A stretch of 64,000 nucleotides of DNA from Geomesophilobacter sediminis (GTDB lineage Bacteria; Desulfobacterota; Desulfuromonadia; Geobacterales; Geobacteraceae). The notes under the pieces were generated by a model. It ran no database searches. It was not told the DNA's origin and saw only the letters and a program-made list of their open reading frames with translations. Every line of letters starts with the position of its first letter. Position 1 is the first letter of the stretch. The DNA is taken from the NCBI RefSeq assembly GCF_016458275.1, contig NZ_JAEMHM010000002.1:1-64000 (forward strand), given 5' to 3'. Below are positions 34,052 to 44,054 of this stretch, in pieces. The position numbers were made by a program, and so were the translations under genes.

Positions 34052-36304
34052 ATGCGCCCCGTGTCAGGAGATAGATCCGTTTGGAGAAAATGGCGCCCCG
34101 TCAAACGGTGGGAGCGCCTTTCCAGGCGCGAATACCATGCCCAAATCACGGAAGCCGCCGCCCGAAATCGAGGCTGTTTCGATCTCAGATGGCAAGTCAC
34201 TGCCATCCTGCTGCTCCTCTTGTCCACCATATCGGCCCAGGCCGCTCTCCTTCCCACCTTCTCTGAGGTCCAGAAAGCCCACCGCCGCTCCGACGTGCTT
34301 ATCCTGGACCGCCACGGTGAGCTGATCCACGAACTCCGCGTCGACAAGACCGGCCGCCGCCTGGAATGGACCAAACTGAAGGATGTCTCGCCGGCGTTGG
34401 TGAAGGCGGTCCTGCAATCGGAAGACCGGCGCTTCTATGAGCATGGCGGGGTGGATTGGAAGGCGGTGGGTGCGGCGCTCATCGACCGGTTCTTCGGCTC
34501 CAAGACCCGCGGTGCCAGCACCATCAGCATGCAGGTGGCGGTGATGGTGCAGCGGGGTGGCCGGCCGTTGGGGCACAAGACGTTCCGGCAGAAATGGGAC
34601 CAGATGGCGGCGGCCCGCGAGCTGGAAAAGAGCTGGAAAAAGGACGAGATCCTCGAGGCATACCTGAACCTGGTGAGTTTCCGAAGCGAGCTCCAGGGGA
34701 TCGCCGCCGCCTCGCGCGGCTTGTTCGGGAAGGAGCCATCCGGTCTGGACCTGAAGGAGTCCTGCACCCTGGCGGCACTGATCCGATCCCCCAATGCCCT
34801 TCCCGCCGTCGTGGGGCAGCGGGCAGCTCTTCTGGCGCAATCGCTATCACCCGGCGAGCCAGGCGAGGCCTACCGTCGCACGGCGATCGACGCGCTCTCC
34901 CGTCCCTACCGGCTGCGTCCCTACCTTGCGCTCGCTCCCCAGGTGGCGAAGATCCTGACCGCCGGCGCGGGGCAGGGGGAGCTGTCGGCGCAGACCATCA
35001 ATTCGACCCTGGATCTGCGCCTGCAACGCTTTGCCCTCCAGTCGCTGCGCCAGCAGTTGGATCTTTTGCAAGGAAGGCACGTGGGGAACGGGGCGGTCCT
35101 GGTGGTGGACAATGCAACGGGAAACATCCTGGCCTATGTCGGGAACTCCGGCGACAGCCAGGTGGACGGGATCGTTGCCAAGCGGCAGGCGGGTTCGACG
35201 CTGAAGCCGTTTCTCTACGGCCTGGCCCTGGAAAAGCGGTTGCTCACCACCGCCTCGGTCCTGGACGACACCCCCTTGCACATTTCAACCGAACGCGGCA
35301 TCTACATGCCTCACGATTACGACCACCGTCCGCGCGGCCCGGTTACCGTCCGCACCGCGCTCTCCGCCTCGCTCAACATTCCGGCGGTTCGGACTCAATT
35401 GCTGGTGGGGACCGAGCCTTTCGCGGACCGGTTGCGGCGCGTCGGCTTCGACCTGCGCCGTTCCGCCGAGTTCTACGGCTTTTCCCTGGCACTGGGCACC
35501 GCGGATGTCTCGCTCAAGGAGCTGGTCAACGCCTACCGCTGCATCGCCCGCGGCGGCATCGTGAGCCCGCTGCACCTCACCCCCGGGCACTCCGGCCGGA
35601 CCCTCCGGGCCATGGACCCCAAGGTCGCCTACCTCGTCTCCGACATCCTCTCCGACCCCGGCTCCCGAAGCGTCACCTTCGGGCTGGACAACCCGCTTAC
35701 CACCCGCTACTGGACCGCGGTCAAGACCGGGACCAGCAAGGACATGCGGGACAACTGGTGCATCGGTTTCTCGCGCCGCTACACCGTCGGCGTTTGGGTC
35801 GGGAACCTGTCCGGGGACCCGATGTGGAACGTCTCCGGCGTTTCCGGAGCGGCGCCGGTCTGGCTGGAGGTGATGAACTACCTGCACGGCAACGTCCGGA
35901 GTGCTCCACCGCCGCGGCCGCGCGGTGTGGTGGCGGCCCGGGTCCCTGCCGGCCATGGGGAAGCTGAGAGAGGCGAGCTTTTCCTCGCCGGGACCGAGCC
36001 CCCCTCCGTGCCCGCGGCGCGACCGGCCGGGGAAGCCTGGCACATTGCCCGGATCGCCTATCCCCCTGACGGGACCATCATCGTCATCGATCCGGACATC
36101 CCGGAGCCGAACCAGCGGGTGTTTTTCGAGACCGAAAATGAGGCGCCGGGGCTCAAATGGAGGCTCAACGGGGAGCTGCTGCCGCCGGGTGAGGAGGGAC
36201 GACGCTGGGCGCCGCGGGTGGGAAGGTATGAGCTGGCCCTGGTGGACAACGGGGGGAAGGTGCAGGATGCGGTGTCGTTTGAGGTGAGAGGGCAAAATCA
36301 ATGA
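34052..36304 (+). CDS. pbpC: Penicillin-binding protein 1C (bifunctional transglycosylase/transpeptidase), classic partner of A2M
   Basis: GGTGGAGAAA RBS; TM anchor LLLLLSTISAQA; glycosyltransferase motifs EDRRFYEHGGVD and RGASTISMQ; transpeptidase SGSTLKP. ATG is 2 nt after the A2M stop. Confidence 0.85.
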   Translation: MRPVSGDRSVWRKWRPVKRWERLSRREYHAQITEAAARNRGCFDLRWQVTAILLLLLSTISAQAALLPTFSEVQKAHRRSDVLILDRHGELIHELRVDKTGRRLEWTKLKDVSPALVKAVLQSEDRRFYEHGGVDWKAVGAALIDRFFGSKTRGASTISMQVAVMVQRGGRPLGHKTFRQKWDQMAAARELEKSWKKDEILEAYLNLVSFRSELQGIAAASRGLFGKEPSGLDLKESCTLAALIRSPNALPAVVGQRAALLAQSLSPGEPGEAYRRTAIDALSRPYRLRPYLALAPQVAKILTAGAGQGELSAQTINSTLDLRLQRFALQSLRQQLDLLQGRHVGNGAVLVVDNATGNILAYVGNSGDSQVDGIVAKRQAGSTLKPFLYGLALEKRLLTTASVLDDTPLHISTERGIYMPHDYDHRPRGPVTVRTALSASLNIPAVRTQLLVGTEPFADRLRRVGFDLRRSAEFYGFSLALGTADVSLKELVNAYRCIARGGIVSPLHLTPGHSGRTLRAMDPKVAYLVSDILSDPGSRSVTFGLDNPLTTRYWTAVKTGTSKDMRDNWCIGFSRRYTVGVWVGNLSGDPMWNVSGVSGAAPVWLEVMNYLHGNVRSAPPPRPRGVVAARVPAGHGEAERGELFLAGTEPPSVPAARPAGEAWHIARIAYPPDGTIIVIDPDIPEPNQRVFFETENEAPGLKWRLNGELLPPGEEGRRWAPRVGRYELALVDNGGKVQDAVSFEVRGQNQ
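34110..34132. repeat. REP family A element located inside the 5' coding region (codons ~20-27) of pbpC
   Basis: gggagcgcctttccaggcgcgaa identical to the 8505 copy. No alternative in-frame start exists downstream before the TM anchor. Confidence 0.7.
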
Positions 36305-36487
36305 GCAATGAACAGCCGATTAGCGTCAATCGTCATACCAGGGGACCGGTACCTCCCTCTCCCTCTGGGAGAGGACCGGGGTGAGGGGCGTTGCCGCAAA
36401 GAACCTTTCCTCACCCGCCTTCCGGGCACCCTCCCCCGAAGGGAGAGGGGATCACATGAGAATGAGCCTAATCAGCTTCCTCATTGT

Positions 36488-37105
36488 TTAGATGGCGTAG
36501 CAGTCAAAGCCGCTCAGGTTGTCCAGGTTCTGCTTCAGGGATTCGGCGATGGCGGGGGAGGGGGGGAGGCCGCCGACTCCTTTCAGCCAGAAACGGTCCT
36601 CAACCGTCTCGCCGATGGTTTCGATGTTCATCTTTACCGGAAAGAGGCACTTCAGACTGAAGAAGTCCAGCAGGTCGCGCAGGAAGCCGGTCCGGTCCAC
36701 GGCCCATATTTCCACAAAGATGCTCCCCTCTTCGCGGTGCGGGTTGATGCGGTAATCCTGAAGGGCGATCTTCGGGGCGGTCTGGTGCAGCGGGTGCTCC
36801 TTACGGGCCAGCGACAGGTAGTTGAGTTCCAGGATCTGCTGTTCCGGTTTCCCGGAGGTGATTTCAAAGTTGGAACGCCAGGAGATGTTGGTGGCCTTTT
36901 CGGCGTCGGCGCGCACGATGTCGATGCCGTTTTCGGCGAGGCCGGCGGCAAGTCTTCCGGTCCAGCCTGGGGTGAGGTACCCGTGCAGGGAAAGGTTGTA
37001 GCAGGATGGCCGGTAGGCGATCGGCTGGATGTCCACCATGGTTTCACCGGGGGCGGGGGTGTTCGGGGCGGTGATCGGTTTTTTCATTGATCTGGTCGGG
37101 ACCAT
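36488..37105 (-). CDS. ACT-domain-like small-molecule-binding protein (hypothetical; two ACT-like modules)
   Basis: GAGGAGG RBS then ATG (MVPTRSMKKPIT..); ACT-like segments (GSIFVEIWAVDRTGFLRDLLDFF). The longer ORF-track version (to 37399) runs into the REP cluster. Confidence 0.5.
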   Translation of the reverse strand: MVPTRSMKKPITAPNTPAPGETMVDIQPIAYRPSCYNLSLHGYLTPGWTGRLAAGLAENGIDIVRADAEKATNISWRSNFEITSGKPEQQILELNYLSLARKEHPLHQTAPKIALQDYRINPHREEGSIFVEIWAVDRTGFLRDLLDFFSLKCLFPVKMNIETIGETVEDRFWLKGVGGLPPSPAIAESLKQNLDNLSGFDCYAI

Positions 37106-37327
37106 GCAACCTCCTCGCTGCTGGGACAGCTGCGCTGCTGTCGAATTTTTGGGCAACTGTGCCTGATGATTATGCTTTCTGGGGCTGGTGCCGGCGGCTG
37201 GGCGGATGGGCGCAGGCGCCTTGCCGCTGGCAAGGGAGCGAATATGCGTCGCTTTTGCCGGTAGTGCCGGGGGGGCATGGAAAGCTTCCGCCAGGACAGA
37301 GGGGGATAGTGCAGGAAGGATACCGAA

Positions 37328-37975
37328 GAGATCATCGTGAAAGGAATGGCGTTCTTCGTACAAGTGACGAGGAGCGACCTTTCTCTGTGGGAGCGCCATT
37401 CCTGGCGCGAACCGCCGGAGGCGGTGACAACGATAGTGGCTGATCTCCCAGGGAAATGGGCTCCCAAGGGGGGCAACTACTTGCTTATTTCAAGGCAGTC
37501 GATCGCGACAGGAATGTCGCTCCTACCGGTGAGGGTGAATCCGTGCGGTAGGAGCGGGATTGCTGCCGCGATTTGTTTTTTGCTTTACGGCTGCGCCGTT
37601 CGCGCCTGGAAAGGCGCTCCCACAGTAGGGGCGGGGTCTCAATCCGGAAAGAGATCATCGTGAAAGGAATGGTGTTCTTCGTACAAGTGACGAGGAGCGA
37701 CCTTTCTCTGTGGGAGCGCCATTCCTGGCGCGAACCGCCGGAGGCGGTGACAACGATAGTGGCTGATCTCCCAGGGAAATGGGCTCCCAAGGGGGGCAAC
37801 TACCTTGCTTATTTCAAGGCAGTCGATCGCGACAGGAATGTCGCTCCTACCGGTGAGGGTGAATCCGTGCGGTAGGAGCGGGATTGCTGCCGCGATTTGT
37901 CTTTTTGCTTTACGGCTGCGCCGTTCGCGCCTGGAAAGGCGCTCCCACAGTGGCTGCTCGGTCTCAATTCGGAAA
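37328..37975. repeat. Tandem duplication (period 323 bp, two copies) of a composite cluster of REP elements (families A and B in both orientations)
   Basis: gagatcatcgtgaaaggaatgg... recurs at 37328 and 37651 with near-identical following sequence. Several spurious ORFs (37337-37663, 37573-37875 and 37485-37799 minus) derive from it. Confidence 0.85.
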
Positions 37976-38163
37976 GCATAGGCCGTGGTTGTTTACAGCC
38001 CTGGTAATCCTGCCACTGTCACAGGCCTGGTGCGTCTGTCACAGCCATTGCTGCAAAATTCTCAAAATGCTAAATTGTAGGAAGATTGGGTTGGAATGCG
38101 ATGTACTGAAGGGAGGAGGGGCGCTACCAGCTGCCGATTGATCCGACTGTGTTGAGGCAGGTC

Positions 38164-38322
38164 ATGGATCGGGAAGAAAAATCAGAAGAATTACCGGTCA
38201 TCATCCACACCGAACGACGTTCGCGGCGCTCGGAGGAACTCTCCAGCGAGGAGATCATGCAGATCCTTCGCGATAGGGGGAGAGCCCGGGCCGCACGCCG
38301 GAACGTGATCGACGTAGATTAG
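38164..38322 (+). CDS. Possible small protein (52 aa, MDREEKSEELPVIIHTERRSRRSEELSSEEIMQILRDRGRARAARRNVIDVD)
   Basis: GAGGCAGG upstream of ATG; below the ORF-track size cut-off. Confidence 0.2.
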   Translation: MDREEKSEELPVIIHTERRSRRSEELSSEEIMQILRDRGRARAARRNVIDVD

Positions 38323-38331
38323 CTGTGACGA

Positions 38332-38616
38332 TCAGGCGTGGGAGGCGTAGGAAACCATCTTCGCCGCAACTTCCATCGCCGGAACATGGTACTTCCCGGA
38401 CTCAATCAGCGCCTTGAGCTTCGCCAACCGCTCCGGGGAGGCTTCTTTGGGCGCCTCCGTTTCCGCGACCTTCAAGCTTTTCTTGGAAAGCTCCACCTTG
38501 TCGGTGGCCTTTTGTGCGTCGGCGCGCTGTGCTGCGGCGGCAGCCTCGTGTTTATCGGCTGCTACTGTCTGCACCGGCTGGACGTTGCTTCCTGCTGCGA
38601 TCTCTGCGACTTTCAT
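38332..38616 (-). CDS. flgM: Anti-sigma-28 factor FlgM (start moved to MKVAEIAAG with GGGAGGG RBS)
   Basis: C-terminal FlgM signature (ERLAKLKALIESGKYHVPAMEVAAKMV). Confidence 0.7.
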   Translation of the reverse strand: MKVAEIAAGSNVQPVQTVAADKHEAAAAAQRADAQKATDKVELSKKSLKVAETEAPKEASPERLAKLKALIESGKYHVPAMEVAAKMVSYASHA

Positions 38617-38798
38617 GACGGAATCCCTCCCCCTGCTGCCGGCTGCATCGTGCAGCCCCATCTGTGCGAATTATAAAGGTTGTCGCCACCGGCTGTCACC
38701 TGTTTCTTCCGGCTGATCCGTTTCGTGCTGCGGCGGCGGTTCCTGGTCCTTCATCCGCTGGGGGAGTATTCCGTTGGGCGCGGTCAGCGCCTGCGCCA

Positions 38799-39179
38799 TT
38801 AGGCTGAGCTTTCCCCCTGCTGGCCATCACCATGCAACACGTGTTCCCATTCGTGTTTCAATTTGTCCGGTTCCGGCGTGATGCCCTGCAAAAGAAGGTA
38901 GAGTCGTTCCTCTTCTTCCTCGGTCAGGAGGAACTTTACCCCCACCATCGAGTAGAAAGAGTGGATTACCTCGGCATACATAAGTAGCGGTTTTTCCGCG
39001 TCCTCGGGGTGGATCTCCACCGTGCAGCGATCGCCGGGGGTGACCATTAATCCTTCGTTGGCACTTACCAGTGCGCCTTGTAAAGAAATATTTCCGAGCC
39101 TCCCCTCGTAGGTGAGGTTGTTACAGGTCAAAAGGGCCGGGGCGGTATAGGTCATTCGGTGAAATCGCCGAAGCTCCAT
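38799..39179 (-). CDS. PilZ-domain protein (c-di-GMP binding)
   Basis: RxxxR (ELRRFHR) and N-x-S-x-x-G (GNISLQG) PilZ motifs. Confidence 0.65.
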   Translation of the reverse strand: MELRRFHRMTYTAPALLTCNNLTYEGRLGNISLQGALVSANEGLMVTPGDRCTVEIHPEDAEKPLLMYAEVIHSFYSMVGVKFLLTEEEEERLYLLLQGITPEPDKLKHEWEHVLHGDGQQGESSA

Positions 39180-39451
39180 GGAGGACTCCTTGCTCTGGTA
39201 TGGTCGATGATCCGCTCTGTGGCTGGGATTTTACCCCAATTGCCCGCAAGATTAAAAGAGAAATTTAGAGGTTCTCGTTAAGACACGATGATGGTTATAT
39301 AGCGGAATCGGTATGTCTCCCTGCGCCTTTTTCCGTTTCCGGTGGTCCCGGTGTCGCGGATGGCTACAAGCTGCCCAAATCTGTGCGAAAAAAGATCAAC
39401 CGGTGCAGGATTGGGACAGGCGGGCTTGCGGGCCGAGGCGTCCTTTTTACG

Positions 39452-39480
39452 TTGACTTCAAAGCGCAGGTGATGTATTAA
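39452..39480 (+). promoter_or_regulatory. Sigma-70-like promoter upstream of prs (TTGACT-17-TATTAA)
   Basis: Sequence match and spacing. Confidence 0.45.
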
Positions 39481-39570
39481 GTGGCGTTTCGCGGGAACGC
39501 CGTCTCGGCAGCCCGGCGTCGGGCCGCGGAAGGCGTTCGTCAATCAGCTGCAGGGGGAAGAGGATTGGGC

Positions 39571-40521
39571 ATGGAAGACAAGATCAGGGTGTTCAGCGGC
39601 AATTCGAATCCGGCACTGGCAGAGAAGATCTGTGCTGCGCTGGGGGTTCCGCTCGGTAAGGCGAAGGTAAAGACGTTCTCCGACGGTGAAATCATGGTGG
39701 AGATCGGCGAGAACGTGCGCGGCAGGGACATCTACGTGGTCCAGTCCACCTGCGCTCCCACCAACAACAACCTGATGGAGCTCCTGATCATGATGGATGC
39801 GCTGAAGCGTGCTTCGGCGGCGACCATCACCGCGGTGATCCCGTACTACGGCTACGCCCGCCAGGACCGCAAGGCCGCTCCGCGTACCCCGATCACTTCC
39901 AAGCTGGTCGCCGACCTGGTCACCACCGCCGGCGCCGACCGCGTGGTCACCATCGACCTGCATGCGGGGCAGATCCAGGGCTTCTTCAACATCCCGGTGG
40001 ATAACCTCTATGCCGCCCCGGTTCTGCTGGCTCACCTGAAGAGCCGCTTTGCCGACGAGATCGCGAACCTGGTCATGGTTTCCCCGGATGCCGGCGGGAC
40101 CGAGCGCGCCCGCGCCTTTGCCAAGCGGCTCGGCTGCACCCTGGCCGTGATCGACAAGCGGCGCACCAGCCCCAACGTCGCCGAGATCATGCACCTGATC
40201 GGGGACGTCAAAGGGAAGTCGGCGATCATCCTCGACGACATGGTCGACACCGCCGGCACCCTGACCCAGGCCGCCCAGGCCCTCAAGGACCACGGCGCCA
40301 CCAACGTCTACGCCGCCGCCACCCACGGCGTCCTCTCCGGTCCGGCCATCGACCGCATCAACGCGTCGGTCATCGAGAAGGTGGTCATCACCGACACCGT
40401 GCCGCTGGCCGAGAAGGAAGCCAAAACCGACAAGATCCGCGTCCTTTCGGTCGCCGATCTTTTGGCGGAAGCCATTCGCAGGATTCACGAAGACGAATCG
40501 GTCAGTTCGCTCTTCGTCTAG
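39571..40521 (+). CDS. prs: Ribose-phosphate pyrophosphokinase
   Basis: [20 protein letters not shown]..; PRPP-binding DDMVDTAGT motif. Confidence 0.9.
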   Translation: MEDKIRVFSGNSNPALAEKICAALGVPLGKAKVKTFSDGEIMVEIGENVRGRDIYVVQSTCAPTNNNLMELLIMMDALKRASAATITAVIPYYGYARQDRKAAPRTPITSKLVADLVTTAGADRVVTIDLHAGQIQGFFNIPVDNLYAAPVLLAHLKSRFADEIANLVMVSPDAGGTERARAFAKRLGCTLAVIDKRRTSPNVAEIMHLIGDVKGKSAIILDDMVDTAGTLTQAAQALKDHGATNVYAAATHGVLSGPAIDRINASVIEKVVITDTVPLAEKEAKTDKIRVLSVADLLAEAIRRIHEDESVSSLFV

Positions 40522-40570
40522 TCTTTGATAGATCTACGGATTTAAATTCTGAAATTGCATCGGAGGATGT

Positions 40571-41164
40571 ATGAGCAAGACGCTTACTGTTGAACTGAGA
40601 GAGAAAACCGGGAAAGGGATCAGCCGCCGCCTGCGCACCGAAGGCAAAGTGCCGGCTGTCGTATATGGCAAAGGGATGGAGCCGGTTCCCGTCACCCTCA
40701 ACCTGAAGGAATTCACCGAAGCGGTCGCCGGCGTCGGCGGGCGTAACCACATCCTGACCGTCAGCGGCGGCGGCGCTCTCAATGGCGAGAACGTCATCGT
40801 AGCCGACCTGTACCAGGACTGCATCAAAGGGACCGCGCTCCACGTCGACCTGCACCGCATCAACCTGGCCGACAAGGTGAAGGTCCACGTCCGCCTCAAC
40901 CTGGTCGGGACCTCCGTCGGCGTGAAAGGCGGCGGCTTCCTCGACTTCGCCTGCCACCAGATCGAGGTCGAGTGCCTCCCGGTCCACATTCCGGAGAAGA
41001 TCAACGTCGACATCACCGAGCTCAACATCGGCCACTCCATCCACGTCGGCGACATCGTCGCCCCGGTCGGCTCGGTCATCCTCACCGACCCGAGCACCCC
41101 GGTGGTCAGCATCCTCGGCCGTAAAGCCGGCGACGTCGAAGAGGCTGCTGCTCCGGCTGAATAA
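40571..41164 (+). CDS. rplY: 50S ribosomal protein L25 (general stress protein Ctc form)
   Basis: [35 protein letters not shown]. Confidence 0.9.
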   Translation: MSKTLTVELREKTGKGISRRLRTEGKVPAVVYGKGMEPVPVTLNLKEFTEAVAGVGGRNHILTVSGGGALNGENVIVADLYQDCIKGTALHVDLHRINLADKVKVHVRLNLVGTSVGVKGGGFLDFACHQIEVECLPVHIPEKINVDITELNIGHSIHVGDIVAPVGSVILTDPSTPVVSILGRKAGDVEEAAAPAE

Positions 41165-41173
41165 TTTCCACTT

Positions 41174-41746
41174 ATGCCAAAACTGATCGTGGGGCTGGGG
41201 AATCCCGGCCCGCAATACTCATGGACCCGCCACAACGCGGGTTTCATGGTTTTAGACCGCCTCTCCAGCCAGGCCGGTATCCCGATCACCAAGAAGGCCT
41301 TCTCCGGCCTTTGCGGTGACGGGAACTGGCTCGGGGAGAGGCTCTTCCTTCTCAAGCCGCAGACCTTCATGAACCTTTCCGGGCGGTCGGTTGCCGAGGC
41401 GCTGCGCTTCTACAAACTGTCGCTTTCGGACCTCATCGTCATTCACGACGACCTCGACATCCCCTTTGGAAAGCTGAAGTTGAAGGAAGGGGGAGGGCAC
41501 GGCGGCCACAACGGCCTGCGCTCCCTGGGGCAGGAACTCGGTTCCGCGAACTTCGTCCGGGTCCGGGTCGGCATCGGGCGTCCGGTGCACGGCGACACGG
41601 TGAACTACGTCCTGCAGAACTTCGCCAAGAACGAGATGGATTCGCTTTTGGGTATCCTGGACGGGGCCATCGATGCGATCGAGATGATCATGAAGGAAGG
41701 GCTCCCCAAGGCGATGAGCATCTTTCACGCGAAGGATTACGCGTAG
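41174..41746 (+). CDS. pth: Peptidyl-tRNA hydrolase
   Basis: MPKLIVGLGNPGPQYSWTRHNAGF. Confidence 0.9.
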   Translation: MPKLIVGLGNPGPQYSWTRHNAGFMVLDRLSSQAGIPITKKAFSGLCGDGNWLGERLFLLKPQTFMNLSGRSVAEALRFYKLSLSDLIVIHDDLDIPFGKLKLKEGGGHGGHNGLRSLGQELGSANFVRVRVGIGRPVHGDTVNYVLQNFAKNEMDSLLGILDGAIDAIEMIMKEGLPKAMSIFHAKDYA

Positions 41747-42028
41747 CGGATCTGCCTTCTTTTGAAATGAAAAACCCTGTAATATCGCAGGAATGGATGA
41801 CCTGATGCTGGACGCCTCCCACCGCGTCCCCTCTCCTTCAAGGGTCGCGCGCCAGCGCGAGCTTGCGACGGACGGGGTGAGGATGGGTTACCGCTAAGGT
41901 ATGAAAAGCTGGAGCTTTGAACTGCGGTGCGTTCCCAAGGTGGACCTTGGGAACGAGAAACTACGAGCAACAACAGTCACGTCGAGCGTCGACGCTGAAC
42001 GTCGAATGGTTCTCAAGAGGTTTTAGTC

Positions 42029-43123
42029 ATGGGTTTTAACTGCGGTATCGTCGGTCTCCCCAACGTCGGGAAATCCACCATCTTCAATGCGCTCACCTCC
42101 GCGGGGGCCGAGTCCGCCAACTATCCGTTTTGCACCATCGATCCCAACGTCGGGATCGTGGCGGTTCCCGATCCGCGCATGGACAAGCTCGCCGAGATCG
42201 TCCACCCGGAGCGTATCCTGCCGACCACCATCGAGTTTCTCGACATCGCCGGCCTGGTGAAGGGGGCGAGCCAGGGGGAGGGGCTGGGGAACAAGTTTCT
42301 CGGTCACATCCGCTCGGTCGACGCCATCCTGCACGTGGTGCGCTGCTTTGAGAACGAGAACGTGGTCCACGTGAGCGGGAGCGTTTCGCCGCGCCGCGAC
42401 ATCGAGGTGATCCAGACCGAGCTCGCCCTGGCCGACCTCGACACCGTCGAGAAAAGGATCCAGCGCACCGAAAAGCAGGCCCGGGGCGGCGACAAGAAGG
42501 CCAAGGAGGACGTCGATTTCTGCCTGCGGGTGAAATCGACCCTGGAGAAGGGGGAATCCCCGCGCAACCTCCCGGAAAACGAAGACGAGCGGCTGATCCT
42601 GCGCGACATGCACCTGATGACCGCGAAGCCGGTCCTCTACGTGGCCAACGTCGCCGAGGACGACCTGGAAGGAACCCATCCCTACGTCGAGGAAGTGCGT
42701 CAGCTCGCCGCCTCCGAAGGGGCCGGGGTCGTTACCATCTGCGGCAACATCGAGGCGGAGATCTCCGAGCTGGAAGGTGAGGAGAAACTGGCGTTTCTGC
42801 AGGAGATGGGGCTTGCCGAATCCGGTCTGGACCGGCTGATCCGTTCCGGCTACGAACTCCTCGGGCTCATCACCTATTTCACCGCCGGGGTGAAGGAAGT
42901 CCGCGCCTGGACCATCACCAGGGGGACCAAGGCCCCCGGGGCGGCCGGCGTGATCCACTCCGACTTCGAGAAGGGGTTCATCCGCGCCGAGGTCATTGCC
43001 TACGAGGATTTCATCGCCTCCGGCGGCGAGTCCGGGGCCAAGGAAAAAGGGCTCATGCGGCTGGAAGGGAAGGAATACGTCGTCAACGACGGCGACGTGA
43101 TGCACTTCCGGTTCAACGTCTAG
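42029..43123 (+). CDS. ychF: Ribosome-binding ATPase YchF
   Basis: [23 protein letters not shown]; TGS C-terminal domain. Confidence 0.9.
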   Translation: MGFNCGIVGLPNVGKSTIFNALTSAGAESANYPFCTIDPNVGIVAVPDPRMDKLAEIVHPERILPTTIEFLDIAGLVKGASQGEGLGNKFLGHIRSVDAILHVVRCFENENVVHVSGSVSPRRDIEVIQTELALADLDTVEKRIQRTEKQARGGDKKAKEDVDFCLRVKSTLEKGESPRNLPENEDERLILRDMHLMTAKPVLYVANVAEDDLEGTHPYVEEVRQLAASEGAGVVTICGNIEAEISELEGEEKLAFLQEMGLAESGLDRLIRSGYELLGLITYFTAGVKEVRAWTITRGTKAPGAAGVIHSDFEKGFIRAEVIAYEDFIASGGESGAKEKGLMRLEGKEYVVNDGDVMHFRFNV

Positions 43124-43150
43124 CCGCCGAGGCACCGAAAATAGCAAGGG

Positions 43151-43223
43151 TTCGCGCCAGGAATGGCGCTCCCACCGGGTAAGCCGCTGATTCTCGCTGT
43201 GGGAGCGCCATTCCTGGCGCGAA
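43151..43223. repeat. Inverted pair of REP family A elements
   Basis: ttcgcgccaggaatggcgctccc ... gggagcgccattcctggcgcgaa. Confidence 0.75.
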
Positions 43224-43253
43224 TGTTTTGGCTCCTGCCCGATCTCTTTTTTC

Positions 43254-43282
43254 TTGCTACCCGCTTTAATGTGATGTACTAT
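43254..43282 (+). promoter_or_regulatory. Sigma-70-like promoter for the rpsF-rpsR-rplI operon (TTGCTA-17-TACTAT)
   Basis: Sequence match and spacing, ~85 bp upstream of rpsF. Confidence 0.5.
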
Positions 43283-43368
43283 CCAGCGTTCTACAGAGCG
43301 GCCCCGAGGGCCGTATCTCCTTGTTCCGGACCGGATCCGGGGCTAATAAACCGTGAGGAGGCAATACC

Positions 43369-43767
43369 ATGAGGATGTACGAGACGATTTACATCGTCCA
43401 GCCGGACCTGGGTGACGAGGAGCTCAAAGCTCTCTCCGCCAAGGTTCAGGAAATCATCGCCGCAGGCAAGGGCGACTTCAAAAGGCTTGAGGACTGGGGC
43501 GTCCGCAAACTGGCTTACCCGATCAACAAGAACCCCCGTGGCCGTTACTTCTATCTCCGTTTCGACGCCGATGCTGCCCTGATCGCCGAACTGGAGCGCC
43601 GTCTGCGCCTGGACGACAAAGTCGTCCGCTACCAGAGCGTGAAACTCGAGCAGGAAGTCGTGGTCCCGGCTGCTGCTCCGGTGAAAGCTGCTGAAGAAGG
43701 TGCCGAAGAGGCTGCTGCTCCGGCCGAAGCTGCCGCTGAGGCTGCTGAAACTACTACGGAGGGATAG
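43369..43767 (+). CDS. rpsF: 30S ribosomal protein S6
   Basis: [18 protein letters not shown]; acidic C-terminal tail. Confidence 0.9.
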   Translation: MRMYETIYIVQPDLGDEELKALSAKVQEIIAAGKGDFKRLEDWGVRKLAYPINKNPRGRYFYLRFDADAALIAELERRLRLDDKVVRYQSVKLEQEVVVPAAAPVKAAEEGAEEAAAPAEAAAEAAETTTEG

Positions 43768-43769
43768 AG

Positions 43770-44051
43770 ATGAGCGACGAAAGACCGAATCAGAGACCCA
43801 GTAACTCCGGCCCGAGGAAGAAACGGCCGTTCCAGCGCCGCAAAGTCTGCCGCTTCTGCGCCGACAAGCAGGTGAGCATCGATTACAAAGATCCCCGCAC
43901 CCTCCGTTACTTCGTTTCCGAGCGCGGCAAGATCATTCCCCGCCGTATTTCCGGCAACTGCTCCAAACACCAGCGTGAAATCACCGAAGCGATCAAGCGC
44001 GCCAGGAACATCGCGCTCCTCCCGATCGCAGGTAGCCACGCCAGCGCGTAA
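43770..44051 (+). CDS. rpsR: 30S ribosomal protein S18
   Basis: [40 protein letters not shown]. Confidence 0.9.
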   Translation: MSDERPNQRPSNSGPRKKRPFQRRKVCRFCADKQVSIDYKDPRTLRYFVSERGKIIPRRISGNCSKHQREITEAIKRARNIALLPIAGSHASA

Positions 44052-44054
44052 CCG

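Noticed and set aside
37337-37875. Two ~100-aa plus-strand ORFs (and minus ORF 37485-37799) with near-identical sequences
   Set aside because: They are translations of the duplicated REP cluster and consist of REP hairpin sequence.
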